From Eledone cirrhosa (lineage: Eukaryota), in the NCBI GenBank assembly GCA_964016885.1, contig OZ024742.1, forward strand, positions 16,926,001 to 16,990,000: a stretch of DNA of 64,000 nucleotides, read 5' to 3'. Of the stretch, positions 25,547-38,114 are shown in pieces. Every line of letters starts with the position of its first letter. The first letter of the stretch is position 1. The position numbers and the translations under genes are program-made. The notes under the pieces were generated by a model. The model ran no database searches and was not told the origin of the DNA. It was given only the letters and a program-made list of their open reading frames with translations.

Positions 25547-28500
25547 ATGGCCGTATTAAGAGTAGGATGTTTAAATGTTCGAGGCCTGGGATCATCCTGG
25601 AAGCAGGGTCACCTGCTCAACGACCTCATGTCTATAGAAATGGATGTAATTGCAGTCAGCGAGACCAGGATTTCCGACACGCGCGCACTAGCCCCCATTT
25701 TCGACGACTATCAGATCTTTGCATCTCTTAGCCGGCCAGGAATGGGAGGCGGGATGGCAGTGCTGGTTAGGAAAGTCCTGGATCTCGAGGTAAGGTCGAT
25801 CTTCCGGGACCCGGACGGGAAGTTGGTGGTCCTGGACGTGAACAATAACGAAGGTGGTGCCTTTAGACTGGTGACCGTCTATGCTCCTACTTGGGCAGGA
25901 CGGCCGGACTTCTTTAGACGCCTGGAAGCCTTTCTGGGTACGTCTCTCCCTTTACTGTTAGCGGGGGACTGGAACGGCATCTTAGACGCACGCTGGGACT
26001 GTGTGGGAGTATCCGATAGGAGCGGGGGGTGCAAAAGCCTCAAGAACCTGATCAGCCAGTTCCAACTCTCTGACAGGTACCGACTAGATTTCCCTAATGC
26101 GCCAGTGTGGACCTGGGCTAACCGCATAGGGTCATCTAGATCGTATATAGACAGGATATTCATTAGGAAAATAAACAGAAATAGTGTAAGCTGTCCACGT
26201 TTTGAAACGGTCGCCTATTCAGATCACAAGTTTGTGATCTGTATGGTCGACCTAGATAAGACGCGTAGGTTAGGTCCTGGTTACTGGAAGCTAAACATGT
26301 CATTTCCGGCACGTAAGGCATACAGGGACCAGGCCAACAATTTAGTTAAGAAAACATTGACAGGGGGATTCGTCAACAATAGATGGTGGGGGGCTCTCAA
26401 AAGAGAGATTAGAGTAATGTCGATAGAGTTTAGCAAAGAAGTAGCATTAGAGAAAAATAGAACGGAGGGGGAGTTGGTAGATAAGTTAGACGAGGCTCTT
26501 GGTAGTGGCATTGCAACTGACTTGCTAGCGGCGAGAATGGCATTAGACCATTTCTTCAATGCGAAACACGAAGGTTGCATTGTCAGAGCTAAGGCGCGTG
26601 CTCTGAGAAACGAGGGAACCAAAGCTGTTCGATGGGCCCGCGTGGCAGAGGCGCAGCATGGTAATAAAACCACGAGGATGTGTGAGGCCTTTCGCCTTTC
26701 GCCAACATTTTGCTCGGTTGTTCGGGGGAAGTGGCGGGTCAGAGATGGTGGCGGACTTCAGTCCCTACCTCGATGGCTTGCCGCAACTCTCGACGGTTGA
26801 CGCTGGGCGCTGCGAAAGGCCAATTACTTCAGCCGAGATTCAGGATGCCCTTGTCGGCTTCATGAGGCGCAAGTCACCCGGTATGGATGGTCTGCCCTAC
26901 GAGCTTTACGTAAATATGCCAGACTTGTTCTCCAATCTCCTTGAAGCCCTCTATTGCAACTGGCAACAAAACGGGAGTATTCCTAGTTCTGTGAGCCGGG
27001 GCGTAGTGACGCTGATAAGGAAAGACGAGAACAAGAGGGACACAGACAATTTCAGGCCCATAACTCTGCTCAACAGAGTTTAAGATTTTGGCCAGGGTGT
27101 TAGCGAAGAGGTTGGCGCTTGTCGTCGGGGATTTGGAGGCGAAAACTTGCGCAATCCCAACCAGGTCCATACACGACAACCTCCACCTAATGCGATACGT
27201 CATAGAGAGGGTAGGGTGTAAACCTGGCTTCGGTGGGGTTCTGATCAATTTAGATCAATCGAAAGCATTCGATAGGGTCGACCATCGGTACCTGGAGGCT
27301 GTCCTCAAGGCGGCTGGCTTCGGCCCCGTCTTCAGAAGCTGGATCGCTGCAATGCACAGCGGCACCTGCTCGATGGTCAAAATTAATGGCCACCTCTCGG
27401 AACCGTTTCAGGTCTCCCGATCTGTCCGTCAAGGGTGCCCTTCTGTACGTATTGACTCTCGAGCCGTTACTGCGGAAGCTGGAGCTGTTGCAGGGCATCC
27501 CGCTCGAACCGGGACGCGGAAAGGCTGTGTCGGCTTATGCGGACGACATCACCGTGATGGTGTCGGACACCTCAGAAATCGAGGTGGTCGGCAACTTATT
27601 GGAGGAATATGAAAGGTTGACGGAAGCAAAACTTAACCCGGAAAAGTCAGTGGGCTTGCAACTCAGCACCTGGAGAGGCAAGTCCATGCCGTCCAACTGC
27701 GTCGTTAGGCGCTGGACGGACGGACCGTAAAGTTGCTAGAGTTTGGGTTCGGGCCAGACCTCCAGGCGGATAAGAATTGGGACGAGGTGACGGGCAGGGT
27801 AGCCAGTCTCACCCAGAAATGGGCTGGGATGAAGCTATCACTGAAAGGTCGGGTGGAGGTGGCGAACGCGAACATCGCGTCGGTCATCTACTACCGTCTG
27901 ACTGTCGTCCCTTGCCCCGTTCGCGCCTCGACATCTTGGAGCGGCTCCTCTTCACATTCTTGTGGAAGGGTCAGGTTCCGCTGGTGAGGCGGTCCATCTG
28001 CTGCCAGCACCCTCTACGTGGAGGGCTGGGCATGCCGTGGATAATGATGCGCAGACACGCGCTGAGGCTGCGACATTTCCAGATATTCTGCCTAAACGGT
28101 GAACAGGTGTGGTCGCCGTTTGTCAAACAGGCCTTTCCGCAGCTCGTTTCTTTGACTGAGCTGCAGTCCTGGGTCAAGAAGAGACCGAGACTGGGTGACT
28201 GGCATCTGGAATGTTGCCAGGCACTCACTGCCCTCTACTAGGCGGGCAATGCGGTCAGTGGAACTTCCACTCTCGAGTTCTATAGAGGATTAGTGGTGGG
28301 CAAGTGCGACGTCGCACTCGGAGAGGCTCAGGGAGTCAACGAAGTCGAACTAACCAGTCTGTACCGGAGGACTTTCGAGCCGGGCACGATGGATAATTTC
28401 CCCAAAAAACCCGCTTGGCAGTGCTACCGGGGGGCTCTGCCGGTTCGAGATAAACTCTACAGGCACGGAAGTGCTGTGAGACGGACCTGCCCGAGATGCG

Positions 28501-28904
28501 CGCAGAACGACGAAACCGTTCTGCACCCACTCGTCCAGTGTCCGTGCATTACTGACTTGTGGAGTTATGTTGAACAGCTGTTGTCGCGTGTAGAACGGAT
28601 CCGGCTATCGGCCGAGTCCATAGTGAAGATCGACCCGCCGCTTTCTTTTGGCCAGGAAGGGCAGGCAATTTTCCTCTGTCTGGTGGCAGTAGCGAAAGAG
28701 GTTGTATGGTGGACGAGGTTGAAAGGACTGAAGACAGACACTTTTCTCTTCGGCCAATCCCTCATCAACTTTTTCAAGTTTCACTTGGAAAGGAAGGTGA
28801 GGGTGGAAAGAGAAGTGCTGCTCCCCAGTACATTTGCTGAAAGGTGGGTGAATGTGGCGAGAATGGCCCGTGTGAGTGGGCCTACTCTGGTCATGCGGCT
28901 GTAG
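25547..28904 (+). pseudogene. LINE ORF2 (APE endonuclease, RT, Cys/His finger), multiple frameshifts and stops
   Basis: LNVRGL, VSET, GDWN, SYIDR, SDH; SPGMDG, FRPITLLN, KAFDRVDH, VRQGCP, AYADD; CPRC..HPLVQC. Confidence 0.92.
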
Positions 28905-29417
28905 GTAGGTAAATTTGAGGAGGATAGGGTGCCCTTCCAGGGTTCACTCGAAGCGTCGGGTCGTTCAGAACTGGTGGGGTACCTGAGCGAACCGTAGGTG
29001 GTTATCCCCCCAATTGGGGTATTTTTTTCTTGTAATTTTCTTGTTACTTTATTGTTACTTTGTTTATTCATATTGTTTACTCTATTTTTCTGCAAAACCC
29101 CACTGTCCCAGTCTTTTGTATTGTCCCCTATATGTCGGCCCGTGTGGCCAATAAATGAAATCATTATTATTTTTGTTGTTGTTGTTGTTATTATTATTAT
29201 TATTATTATTGGCGACCTACGTAGTAAATCGTATCATCGTGAGCTCCGCAAAGGTTTGTTATTTCCGTTTGTCAAAAATTGCCATTTATGGAAAATGTTA
29301 TTGTTAACTGTTTATAAGCACACATACATTGTTTTCCGAAAAGGACACCCAAAAAGATTGGGGCCTTGTGCCCAAAATTTTAACTTTTATTATTATCCAG
29401 AAATTTCTTTGAAAAAA

Positions 29418-31389
29418 ATGGCTAATTCCCCTCTGCACGAAGCAGCTGAAAGCCTTCCTCACAAAATAACACCTCACACCGACACCACCATTGTAAATGT
29501 TACTACGTTTGCCAACACAAAAAAAAATATAAGCAGTAGCAATATTTTAAATTTGTCTCAGGCAGACATTCATTTCCCGCCATTACCAATGACTGCAGGT
29601 GTTAAAGCCTCCACCACCACCACCACCGCGACAACCACCACCCCCACCACCACCGCGACAACAGAAACAAAAGAAGAAAAAAATAAATTAACTCGTGATG
29701 TCGAAATGAAATCAAGCAAAATGGACTCTTCCGCACCAAAGACGACTGACGTCACCACCACCACAACTGAAACTAAAATTAATATTAACACAAATAACGA
29801 TAGCAACAACAACAACAATGACATTATAAAACCGACCCTCAGTTTCGCCATAGTAGCAAAACAATTTGAAGCATTCACGGTAACTCAAGACGATTTAGAA
29901 AATGCCAAACAAATGGTAAAGAAAAATGGGTACAGGGTCAGCCTCACCCCCCCCCCCCCCCCCCTAATAAAATGGAGCATCGGCGCCTATGCACCGTGTC
30001 GTATAGAACAATAAATGTAAAATCGCGCCGAGTGGAACGGGCATCCGAGTCCCAAATCCAAAAAGCTTTGGGACATGTGTGGGCAAGAAAAACCCACATC
30101 AGACGTGGGCAAAAGTATGGAACCGTGGATGTGTTCTTTGAAACACCAGAGGAGGCTAGAGAACACTCCATGGCCCCATTAAAAAGTGACGACTTCACAC
30201 TCGTCCCAAGCTATTGTGGCCAGAGACTCGTAAAGATCAGGGTGACCCACGTTCCACCGGCCATCGAAATTCCCTGGCTAATAGCGGCTGTCCTCGCCGG
30301 CATCGAAGCCAACACGAAAATAATAGCAATAGCAAAAGAAAAGCAGGAAAACTGGTCCGGATCTGGGATGGAGCTCCTAATCCAAGCGGACCAAAAAAGC
30401 ATTGAGGAGATCCCAGAGGTAATAGACCTCACTGACGGCAGCCACCTCACGGTAATTGTCGAGGGCAAACTAGGTGTGTCGTTTGTGGTAAAGGAACCCA
30501 CCTAAGGGCTTTCTGCCCTCAGGCTAAAAGGTTGAGGCCACCTCTCCTACCGACCCCAGTGACACAACCATCAACACCACCAGTAGCAGAGATGGCAACA
30601 ACAGCTGTAGCAGCAACAACAGAAGCAACTATAACAGCAACAACCTCAGCAACAGTAGCAAAACCAACACTACCACCACCCAACGTTTCAGAACTAGCAC
30701 CAGCGCCTACACCATCCACCACACCACAACCAAAACTAACGGCTGTGGAGGATTTTCCACTCCCCGGCCTATCATAACTGGAGACAGATTGTGACGACGA
30801 GGAGTGGGAAACGATATCCGGAAAAAAAAAAAGAAACCAAAAAAGAAAAAATTCTCTTCCTTCCCCCTCCAAAAACAAAATACAGAGGGAAACAAATAAA
30901 CTAAGAAACAAAAAAGTTAGGACAGATATGCCACCATCCACACCAGCATCACCAACCCCATCAACCCAAACACCAACACCATCACCATCATTAACTCCAA
31001 CACCACCATCACCTACACCACAAAAGTCACCAAAATGCGAAACAGAAACAATCCCACAACAAACGCAAACAAAACAAAACAACTAAAACGATACACACTA
31101 CACAGCATTAAATTTGAACAACAAGCAATTATTACACTACATCCAACACAACACCAGCATCACAGAAAAAGACTACACAACAACCCCAAAATTCACACCA
31201 CCTCCACACATACAAATCACTCGCATCACACAGAAAACGTACATGACACTAAAACAAAAATTCAAAAAAGACATCGGAGACTTCCGACAAGCACTCTCCA
31301 GGAGGATTTATAAGGACATCCTTCCTGAGGAGGCCACAAGCAGTGAAAAGGATGGAAAAACCGTCCTTCCCCTACGAGAAGTAACGTAA
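29418..31389 (+). pseudogene. LINE ORF1, frameshifted (poly-C ~29950, ~30470, ~30775, ~31080)
   Basis: MANSPLHEAA start; SFAIVA motif; GQKYGTVDVFF; knuckle CVVCGKGTHLRAFC at ~30476-30517; ends TAA 31389. Confidence 0.75.
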
Positions 31390-31423
31390 GTGGTCTTTCC
31401 CATCTTTTCCACTCCTTTTCAAC

Positions 31424-34400
31424 ATGACCTCACTCAGAATAGGCAGCATAAATGCGCGTGGCTTGGGGTCGTCATGGAAGCAGGGCCACCTGCTAAACGA
31501 CCTCAGGTCACTAAACATAGATGTAGTGGCCATCAGCGAGACCAGAATCTCCGAAGCACAGGCTTTCGCACCGATCTTCGGCGGCTACGATGTGTACGCA
31601 TCTCCCAGCCGTCCGGGATCGGGGGGAGGAGTTGCTGTGCTTTTTCGGAGAGGTTTGGATCTTGCCATACGGGCCATCTTCCTGGACCCAGAAGGTAAGT
31701 TGGTGGTGCTGGACGTGACCAGCGGAGACGGGCAAGCTTTCAGGTTAGTGGCCGTCTATGCCCCGACAGGAGCATGGCGGCCTGATTTCTTCCGGCGTCT
31801 GGAGACCTTTCTTGGAACGTCCCGCTCTTTAGTGTTAGTGGGCGACTGGAACGGGATCTTAGATGCACGCTGGGATTGTGTGGGATTAGTGGATAGGGAA
31901 GGAGGGTGCAAGAGTCTCACCAACCTGCTCAGACGTTTTGAACTGTCTGACAGGTACCGAATGGGTTTCCCGAATGTACCAATGTGGACTTGGACAAATC
32001 GCATAGGGTCATCCAGATCATATCTAGATAGAGTATTTTGTAGGGAAATAGATAGGTCTAGCATAGGCTGTCCACAATTCAAGATAGTCAGCTACACGGA
32101 CCACAAATTCGTGATCTGTGTGCTTGACTTAGATAGGCTTCATAGACAAGGACCCGGCTACTGGAAGCTAAACGCGTCCTTACCAGCGCGCAAGGCCTAC
32201 AGAGACCGGATTAGCGAACTAGTTAAGCGGGCGTTGACGGGGGCCATCGTCAACAACAAGTGGTGGTTTGCTCTGAAAAGAGCAATTAGAATAGAGTCCA
32301 TTAGGTTTAGTAAGACTTTAGCAATAGAGAAAAATAGAACAGTGGGAGAATTAGTTAGAAAATTAGATGAGGCGCTTAGCAAAGGCATCGCGACCGACGT
32401 ACTTGCGGCGAAATTGGCCCTTGACCAATTCTTCAATGCAAAGCACGAAGGCTGCGTTGTCAGAGCTAGGGTGCGTACTCTCAGACACGAGGGGACGAAA
32501 GCCGTTCAATGGGCCCGAGTGGCGGAGGCGCGTCGTGGCAACAAAGCCACGATCCGGTCTTTGGTGGACCACGACGGGCGCATGCTACTCGATCCCGGGC
32601 AAATGTGTGAAGCTTTTCAGCGACACTTCGCTCAACTGTTCGGGGGCAGTGGCGGGCCGGATCGAGGGATGGACTTTAGTGTCTACCTCGACGGACTGCC
32701 GCGGCTTTCGGCCACGGAGGCGGAGTGTTGCGAAAAGCCGATAACAACCGCTGAAGTACGGGATGCAATGACTAGTTGCACAAGGGGTAAATCGCCTGGT
32801 TTGGATGGTCTGCCCTATGAACTTTACGTACAAATGCCAAACTTGTTCGGAGACCTCTTGGCGGACGTCTACTGCAACTGGCAACAGAACGGGAGAACTC
32901 CCAGCTCTGTGAGCCGAGGAGCGGTGGCGCTGCTGAGAAAGGATTCGAACAAGGGGGATAACATAGATAATTTTAGGCCCATAACTCTGCTAAACACAGA
33001 GTTCAAGATTTTGGCCAAGGTGCTAGTAAAGAGGTTGGCGCTTGTCGTTGGTGGTCTGGTGGGAGAGGCACAGACATGCGCCATTCCCGACAGATCCATT
33101 CACGACAACCTCCACCTCATGCGATACATCGTAGAGAGGGTAGCTAGGGAACCTGGTAAAGGTGGGTCTTTGATCAATTTAGATCAGTCGAAAGCCTTCG
33201 ATAGGGTCGACCATCGTTACCTAGCGGCAGTCCTGAGGGCGGCTGGCTTTGGGCCCGTCTCCAGAGGCTGGATCGCTGCCATGCACAGCGACATCTGCTC
33301 TGTAGTGAGAGTGAACGGTCATCTTTCGGAACCGTTCAACATCATGCGCTCGGTCCACCAAAGATGTCCCCTCTCGTCCCTATTGTACGTATTGACTCTC
33401 GAGCCATTACTGCACAAACTGGAGACGTTGAGGGGGGTCCCGCGCGAACTAGGATGCGGAAGATCCGTGTCCTCATATGCCGACGATGTCACCGTAGTGG
33501 TGTCGAACGCCAAACACATCGAGGCGATCGGCACTCCACTAAGAGAATACGAAGCGGTGACAGGAGCAATGATCAACCAGGAAAAGTCAGTGGGCCTGCA
33601 GCTCGGCACCTGGAGAGGCAGGTCCATGCCGTCCAACAGCGTCGTCGGGCGCTGGACGGACGGACCGGTTAAATTGCTAGGGGTCTGGTTCGGTCCAGAC
33701 CTCCAGACGGACAAAAACTGGGACGAGGTGACGAGCAGGGTGGCTTCTCTCACCCAGAAATGGGCCAAGAGGAAGCTATCCGTGAAAGGTCGAGCGGAGG
33801 TGGCGAATGCGTACATCGCATCCGTCATCTACTACTGCCTGACCGTCGTACCTTGTCCTAAGCCTCGCCTGACTGCGCTGGAGCGTTTGCTCTTTCGCTT
33901 CTTGTGGAAGGGACGCGCTCCGATGGTCAGGCGGTCCATCTGCTGTCAACACCCGCTACGTGGAGGGCTGGGCATGCCGTGGCTGATGATGCGCAGACAC
34001 GCGCTCAGGCTACGACATCTCCACCTCTTCCTCGACGGTGATCAGGTGTGGTCGCCGTTTGCTAGACACGTTTTTCCCCAGCTCGTCTCCTTGACGGAGC
34101 TGCAGTCCTGGGTCAAGCGAAGACCGAGAGGGAGCGCTTGGAGACTGGAATGTCTTCAGGCGCTCACAGCCCTCGACCAATTGGGCAATGTGATCGGTGG
34201 AAACTCCACCTTGGCGTTCTATAGGGGATTAGTGGAGGGGAAGAGCGACGACGTACTTGGAGAAACTCTAGGCGTCGACGAAAATCAACTAGCCAATCTC
34301 TTCGGAAGGACTTTCGGGCCGGGGTCTATGGACAACTTCCAGAAATCCCTGGCCTGGCAGTGCTACCGAGGAGCTTTGCCAGTTCGGGATAAACTCTACA

Positions 34401-34843
34401 GGCATGGAGGTGCCGTCAGCCGGGCATGTCCGAGATGCGCGCAGGGCGACGAAACCGTCCTGCACGCACTCGTCCAGTGTCCGAGCATTGCTGACTTGTG
34501 GGTTTATGTCGAACACCTGCTGTCACGTGTAGGACGGATCCAGCTATCAGCTGAGTCCATCGTGAGGATTGCCACGCCCCCTTCCTTTAGCCGGGAAGGG
34601 CAGGCAGTTTTTATCTGTCTGGTGGCCATGGCGAAAGAGATAGTATGGTGGACACGTTTGAAAGGGCTGAAGACGAGCACTTACCTCTTCGGTGATGCCC
34701 TGATTAACTTTTTCAAACTTCATCTGAAAAGGAAAATCAGGGTAGAGAGGGAAGTGCTCTCTTCGCAGCATTTTGTTGAAAGATGGGTGAGAGAAGCAAG
34801 TATGGCCCGAATGAATGGGCCTTCTCTGAGTATGTGTCTGTAA
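31424..34843 (+). CDS. LINE ORF2p: APE endonuclease + reverse transcriptase + C-terminal zinc finger (1139 aa)
   Basis: SINARGL, ISET, VYAP, GDWN, SYLDR, TDH, YWKLN; KSPGLDG, FRPITLLN, KAFDRVDH, SYADD, LLGV; CPRC..ETVLHALVQC. Confidence 0.95.
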   Translation: MTSLRIGSINARGLGSSWKQGHLLNDLRSLNIDVVAISETRISEAQAFAPIFGGYDVYASPSRPGSGGGVAVLFRRGLDLAIRAIFLDPEGKLVVLDVTSGDGQAFRLVAVYAPTGAWRPDFFRRLETFLGTSRSLVLVGDWNGILDARWDCVGLVDREGGCKSLTNLLRRFELSDRYRMGFPNVPMWTWTNRIGSSRSYLDRVFCREIDRSSIGCPQFKIVSYTDHKFVICVLDLDRLHRQGPGYWKLNASLPARKAYRDRISELVKRALTGAIVNNKWWFALKRAIRIESIRFSKTLAIEKNRTVGELVRKLDEALSKGIATDVLAAKLALDQFFNAKHEGCVVRARVRTLRHEGTKAVQWARVAEARRGNKATIRSLVDHDGRMLLDPGQMCEAFQRHFAQLFGGSGGPDRGMDFSVYLDGLPRLSATEAECCEKPITTAEVRDAMTSCTRGKSPGLDGLPYELYVQMPNLFGDLLADVYCNWQQNGRTPSSVSRGAVALLRKDSNKGDNIDNFRPITLLNTEFKILAKVLVKRLALVVGGLVGEAQTCAIPDRSIHDNLHLMRYIVERVAREPGKGGSLINLDQSKAFDRVDHRYLAAVLRAAGFGPVSRGWIAAMHSDICSVVRVNGHLSEPFNIMRSVHQRCPLSSLLYVLTLEPLLHKLETLRGVPRELGCGRSVSSYADDVTVVVSNAKHIEAIGTPLREYEAVTGAMINQEKSVGLQLGTWRGRSMPSNSVVGRWTDGPVKLLGVWFGPDLQTDKNWDEVTSRVASLTQKWAKRKLSVKGRAEVANAYIASVIYYCLTVVPCPKPRLTALERLLFRFLWKGRAPMVRRSICCQHPLRGGLGMPWLMMRRHALRLRHLHLFLDGDQVWSPFARHVFPQLVSLTELQSWVKRRPRGSAWRLECLQALTALDQLGNVIGGNSTLAFYRGLVEGKSDDVLGETLGVDENQLANLFGRTFGPGSMDNFQKSLAWQCYRGALPVRDKLYRHGGAVSRACPRCAQGDETVLHALVQCPSIADLWVYVEHLLSRVGRIQLSAESIVRIATPPSFSREGQAVFICLVAMAKEIVWWTRLKGLKTSTYLFGDALINFFKLHLKRKIRVEREVLSSQHFVERWVREASMARMNGPSLSMCL

Positions 34844-35090
34844 ATTAAAGGTGGAAAACTGGGAGAGGGCACTTGCCCTGGTGGTCAGGGCCACTGTGGT
34901 CTTTTAATGGGCTTTCTCCACAAATGGAAGTCTCCTCGGAAGTCTCCCCCCTGTTGGGGAATTTTTCTTTGTTATTTTATTTCATCCTCTGTTTTTTTAC
35001 ACGCAGAAATGCCCATTTGTACCGTCCTGTATTGTCCTGTACTGTCCTTAATGTCTACTTTATGTAAACCCTTGTGGTTAATAAAGAAAA

Positions 35091-35091
<1 letters not shown>

Positions 35092-35168
<77 letters not shown>

Positions 35169-35247
35169 TATTGTCATTCAAATAAATTCACAGTGTGCAT
35201 TGGTAAGCCAGTTAATACAGCACATTGATTATAATTTAAAAAAAAAA

Positions 35248-35298
<51 letters not shown>
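35092..35298. repeat. (ATT)n microsatellites: LINE tail or target
   Basis: Two ATT runs, the second directly followed by a SINE A. Confidence 0.9.
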
Positions 35299-35498
35299 GC
35301 AGATTGGAAGTATCGGTAGAGCGTCGGACACCTTACTTCGCGTCTTAGGGTTATGTCTCTTTACATCCTTAGTTCAAATTCCGCCGAGGTTAGCTTTGCC
35401 TTTCATCCGTACTAGGTTTATAAACAAAGCACCAGTAATGCACTGGAGTCTATTTAATTGACTTTCCGCTCCCCATCAAATTACTGGCCTTTGTTATT
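35299..35498 (+). mobile_element. SINE A
   Basis: A box, B box, body and GGCCTT tail; flanked by ATT runs. Confidence 0.8.
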
Positions 35499-35811
35499 AT
35501 TTACTGTTCATTGTTATACACATTTGTGTATAACATAGAATGGCAGTGTCCTTTCCTATTTGTCTACAGTTTTCTGAGTGACAGTTATCCACTGCAATTG
35601 TACCTATGTTAGGTTTATCTAAGATTTTGTAATATATGTTGTGATAAGCATAACATGTAATAAATAATCAACTAACTTAAACTTTGAGATGGGCTCCGGC
35701 AGGTTTTAAACAAAGGAAATGCCGCATGTCGATACGGTACCCCTACCACACTCTCGGGAATTACGGGACCATGCAGGCAAACATGTCTTTCTCTGTGCGA
35801 AGTGAATAATA

Positions 35812-35994
35812 TAATTGCTTCTACTTTTGGCACAAGGCCAGCAATTACCTCAGTTCATTACTGGTACTTTATTTTATCGACCCCGTAAGGATGAAATGCA
35901 AAGTTAACCTCTGTGGGATTTGAACTCCTAACGTAAAGGGCCATGACTCTTTGCTGCAAAGCATGGCGTCAGACCCACTACCGACACTGAGAAT
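35812..35994 (-). mobile_element. SINE A
   Basis: Reverse complement of family consensus. Confidence 0.85.
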
Positions 35995-36316
35995 CTACCG
36001 AGAAGTGAATAATATAATGTTTTCGCATTTGGGTACATTTTTATAGCGGGGTTTATAAACTGTAGTTATATATAAATTATATATACATAGATGAGATAAA
36101 TACATAGATACACACATAATATATACATATATATATACATGAGTGCACGCATGTGTGTGTTCGTGAGTGTATTTATATATGTATTTATGTATATATGTAT
36201 GATATGTACTTTTATATATATATGTGTATATAAAAGGTAAACAGAAATAGCAACACAATCGTTACAGTATATGGAAGGGATATATTAGGTTAACGCTTGA
36301 TATAGCAGGAAGAAGG

Positions 36317-36352
36317 TCTTAACGTTTCGGACGCTAGTCCTTCATCAGAAGA
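36317..36352 (-). ncRNA. Minimal type I hammerhead
   Basis: tctt-CTGATGA-aggactagcgtcc-GAAA-cg-TT-aaga; palindromic AACGTT helix III; decayed relative near 63345-63435. Confidence 0.85.
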
Positions 36353-36494
36353 AATAATGAGAAATAAAATAGAATGTGGGGACGGGCGGGATGGATTTGG
36401 AAAAAATGTCTTTAGATAAAAATAACAGGTCCATTCATGTTGACATCTCTTGCAAAACATAGGTGCTGGTGTTTTGTGTATATATCTATCTATC

Positions 36495-36525
<31 letters not shown>

Positions 36526-36660
36526 CATCATCGACATCATTTTATGACCGCTTTTCGTTGCATGCAAGGGAGGGAGGGGACCTTCTCAGCACAGCATCTC
36601 TCCATTCATCAAGGTCCTTTGTCATCTCCTCTCTGAACTTCAGCGATCTGAGGTCACCTC
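36526..36660 (-). mobile_element. Extreme 3' end of an RTE-like LINE
   Basis: Minus frame DLRSLKFREEMTKDLDEWRDAVLRR then GAT-repeat tail. Confidence 0.55.
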
Positions 36661-36663
36661 TCC

Positions 36664-36748
<85 letters not shown>

Positions 36749-36954
36749 TATATAAACACTGAGTTATGTTGTTTGTTGATTATGTTTCAACAGAGTTAAT
36801 TTTATAACAGATTTGAAGCACTCTACAATATTTATCTAGATTATTATAAATATTAACAATATTAATAAATGGAAAATATCTATTATAAATGTGGCATTAT
36901 AAAGACAAGGTATTAGAAAGATATTTTCCATTTATTAATATTGTTAATATTATA

Positions 36955-36987
<33 letters not shown>

Positions 36988-37058
36988 TAATATAGAAATG
37001 GCTTCTACATGACTAGAACAGTTTCATTCGAACGAAATCATGAGGATTTAACCCGAGA

Positions 37059-37267
<209 letters not shown>

Positions 37268-37277
37268 ATATATACAT

Positions 37278-37310
<33 letters not shown>

Positions 37311-37869
37311 AAACGCTGCTCACTTTAGTTTGTAGCCGGCACCTATAATTTTCCTATCCATTCATGCGGTGATAATGTCTTTAACTATAAAGGCATTACG
37401 TAACACACAGAAATAAACAACAAGACTGCCTACCGCCTATAAAACGTCATTCGCTCTCAATTTACATCCGAAACTAATCTTTCCTTAGTCAATTAGGAAC
37501 GCGATACTCAAAGCTGATAATATCTCTCGATGTGTGTGTATATATATCACAGAAAAAAATAGAATCAGTGTTGCGACGAATGGAATTTATTGGACATATT
37601 ACAATCATTTCTCTGGCGACCAGCTCGATGCACGATCGATCTGATGATCGAACCTGACTCTGAAAACTGCAAGGTCCTCAGATACGTCTTGATTCTACGA
37701 AGCAGATTTTCCTATGGCCTTTTACATCGATATAGCATTCATAACCAATTATATACTCTTTTACTCTTTTACCTGTTTCAGCCATCCAGCTGAGGCCATG
37801 CTGGGGCACATATATATATATATATAATATATATATGTATATATATATATATATATAATATATATATAT

Positions 37870-38057
37870 ATTTAATATAGAAAAGGTTTCTACAGGACTA
37901 GTACTGTTTCATTCGGGAGAAATCATCAGGAAGCCCTGATGATTTCCCCCGAATGAAACAGTTCTAGTCCTGTACAAGCCTTTTCTATATTAAATATTTA
38001 AACTCTGCTTTGTATTGAGTACGTTACTTACTGGGGTAACCCCCGATTGAACCCGGG

Positions 38058-38060
<3 letters not shown>
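37870..38060. mobile_element. Palindromic HHR mini-element (two divergent cores)
   Basis: 37871-37930 is the reverse complement of 37934-37994; each arm has CTGATGA..GAAAcag..ctgTA. Confidence 0.8.
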
Positions 38061-38088
<28 letters not shown>

Positions 38089-38114
38089 TTGTATATATAT
38101 ATATATATATATGT

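Larger units (their letters stand above)
23815..29162 (+). mobile_element. Tx1/L1-clade LINE copy 1, full length, decayed
   Basis: Starts after (ATT)6; ORF1 with CCHC knuckle; ORF2 APE+RT+Zn finger; AATAAA then (ATT)n. Confidence 0.9.
29211..35091 (+). mobile_element. Tx1/L1-clade LINE copy 2, full length, ORF2 open
   Basis: Begins directly after the (ATT)n tail of copy 1; ends AATAAAGAAAAC(ATT)n. Confidence 0.93.

Noticed and set aside
28998-29417. N-terminal part of the 338-aa ORF as a membrane protein
   Set aside because: Read-through of the copy 1 3' UTR, ATT tail and copy 2 5' UTR; the plausible ORF1 start is ATG 29418
31511-34894. Antisense and alternate-frame ORFs over LINE ORF2
   Set aside because: Shadow ORFs of GC-rich coding sequence; not conserved between copies
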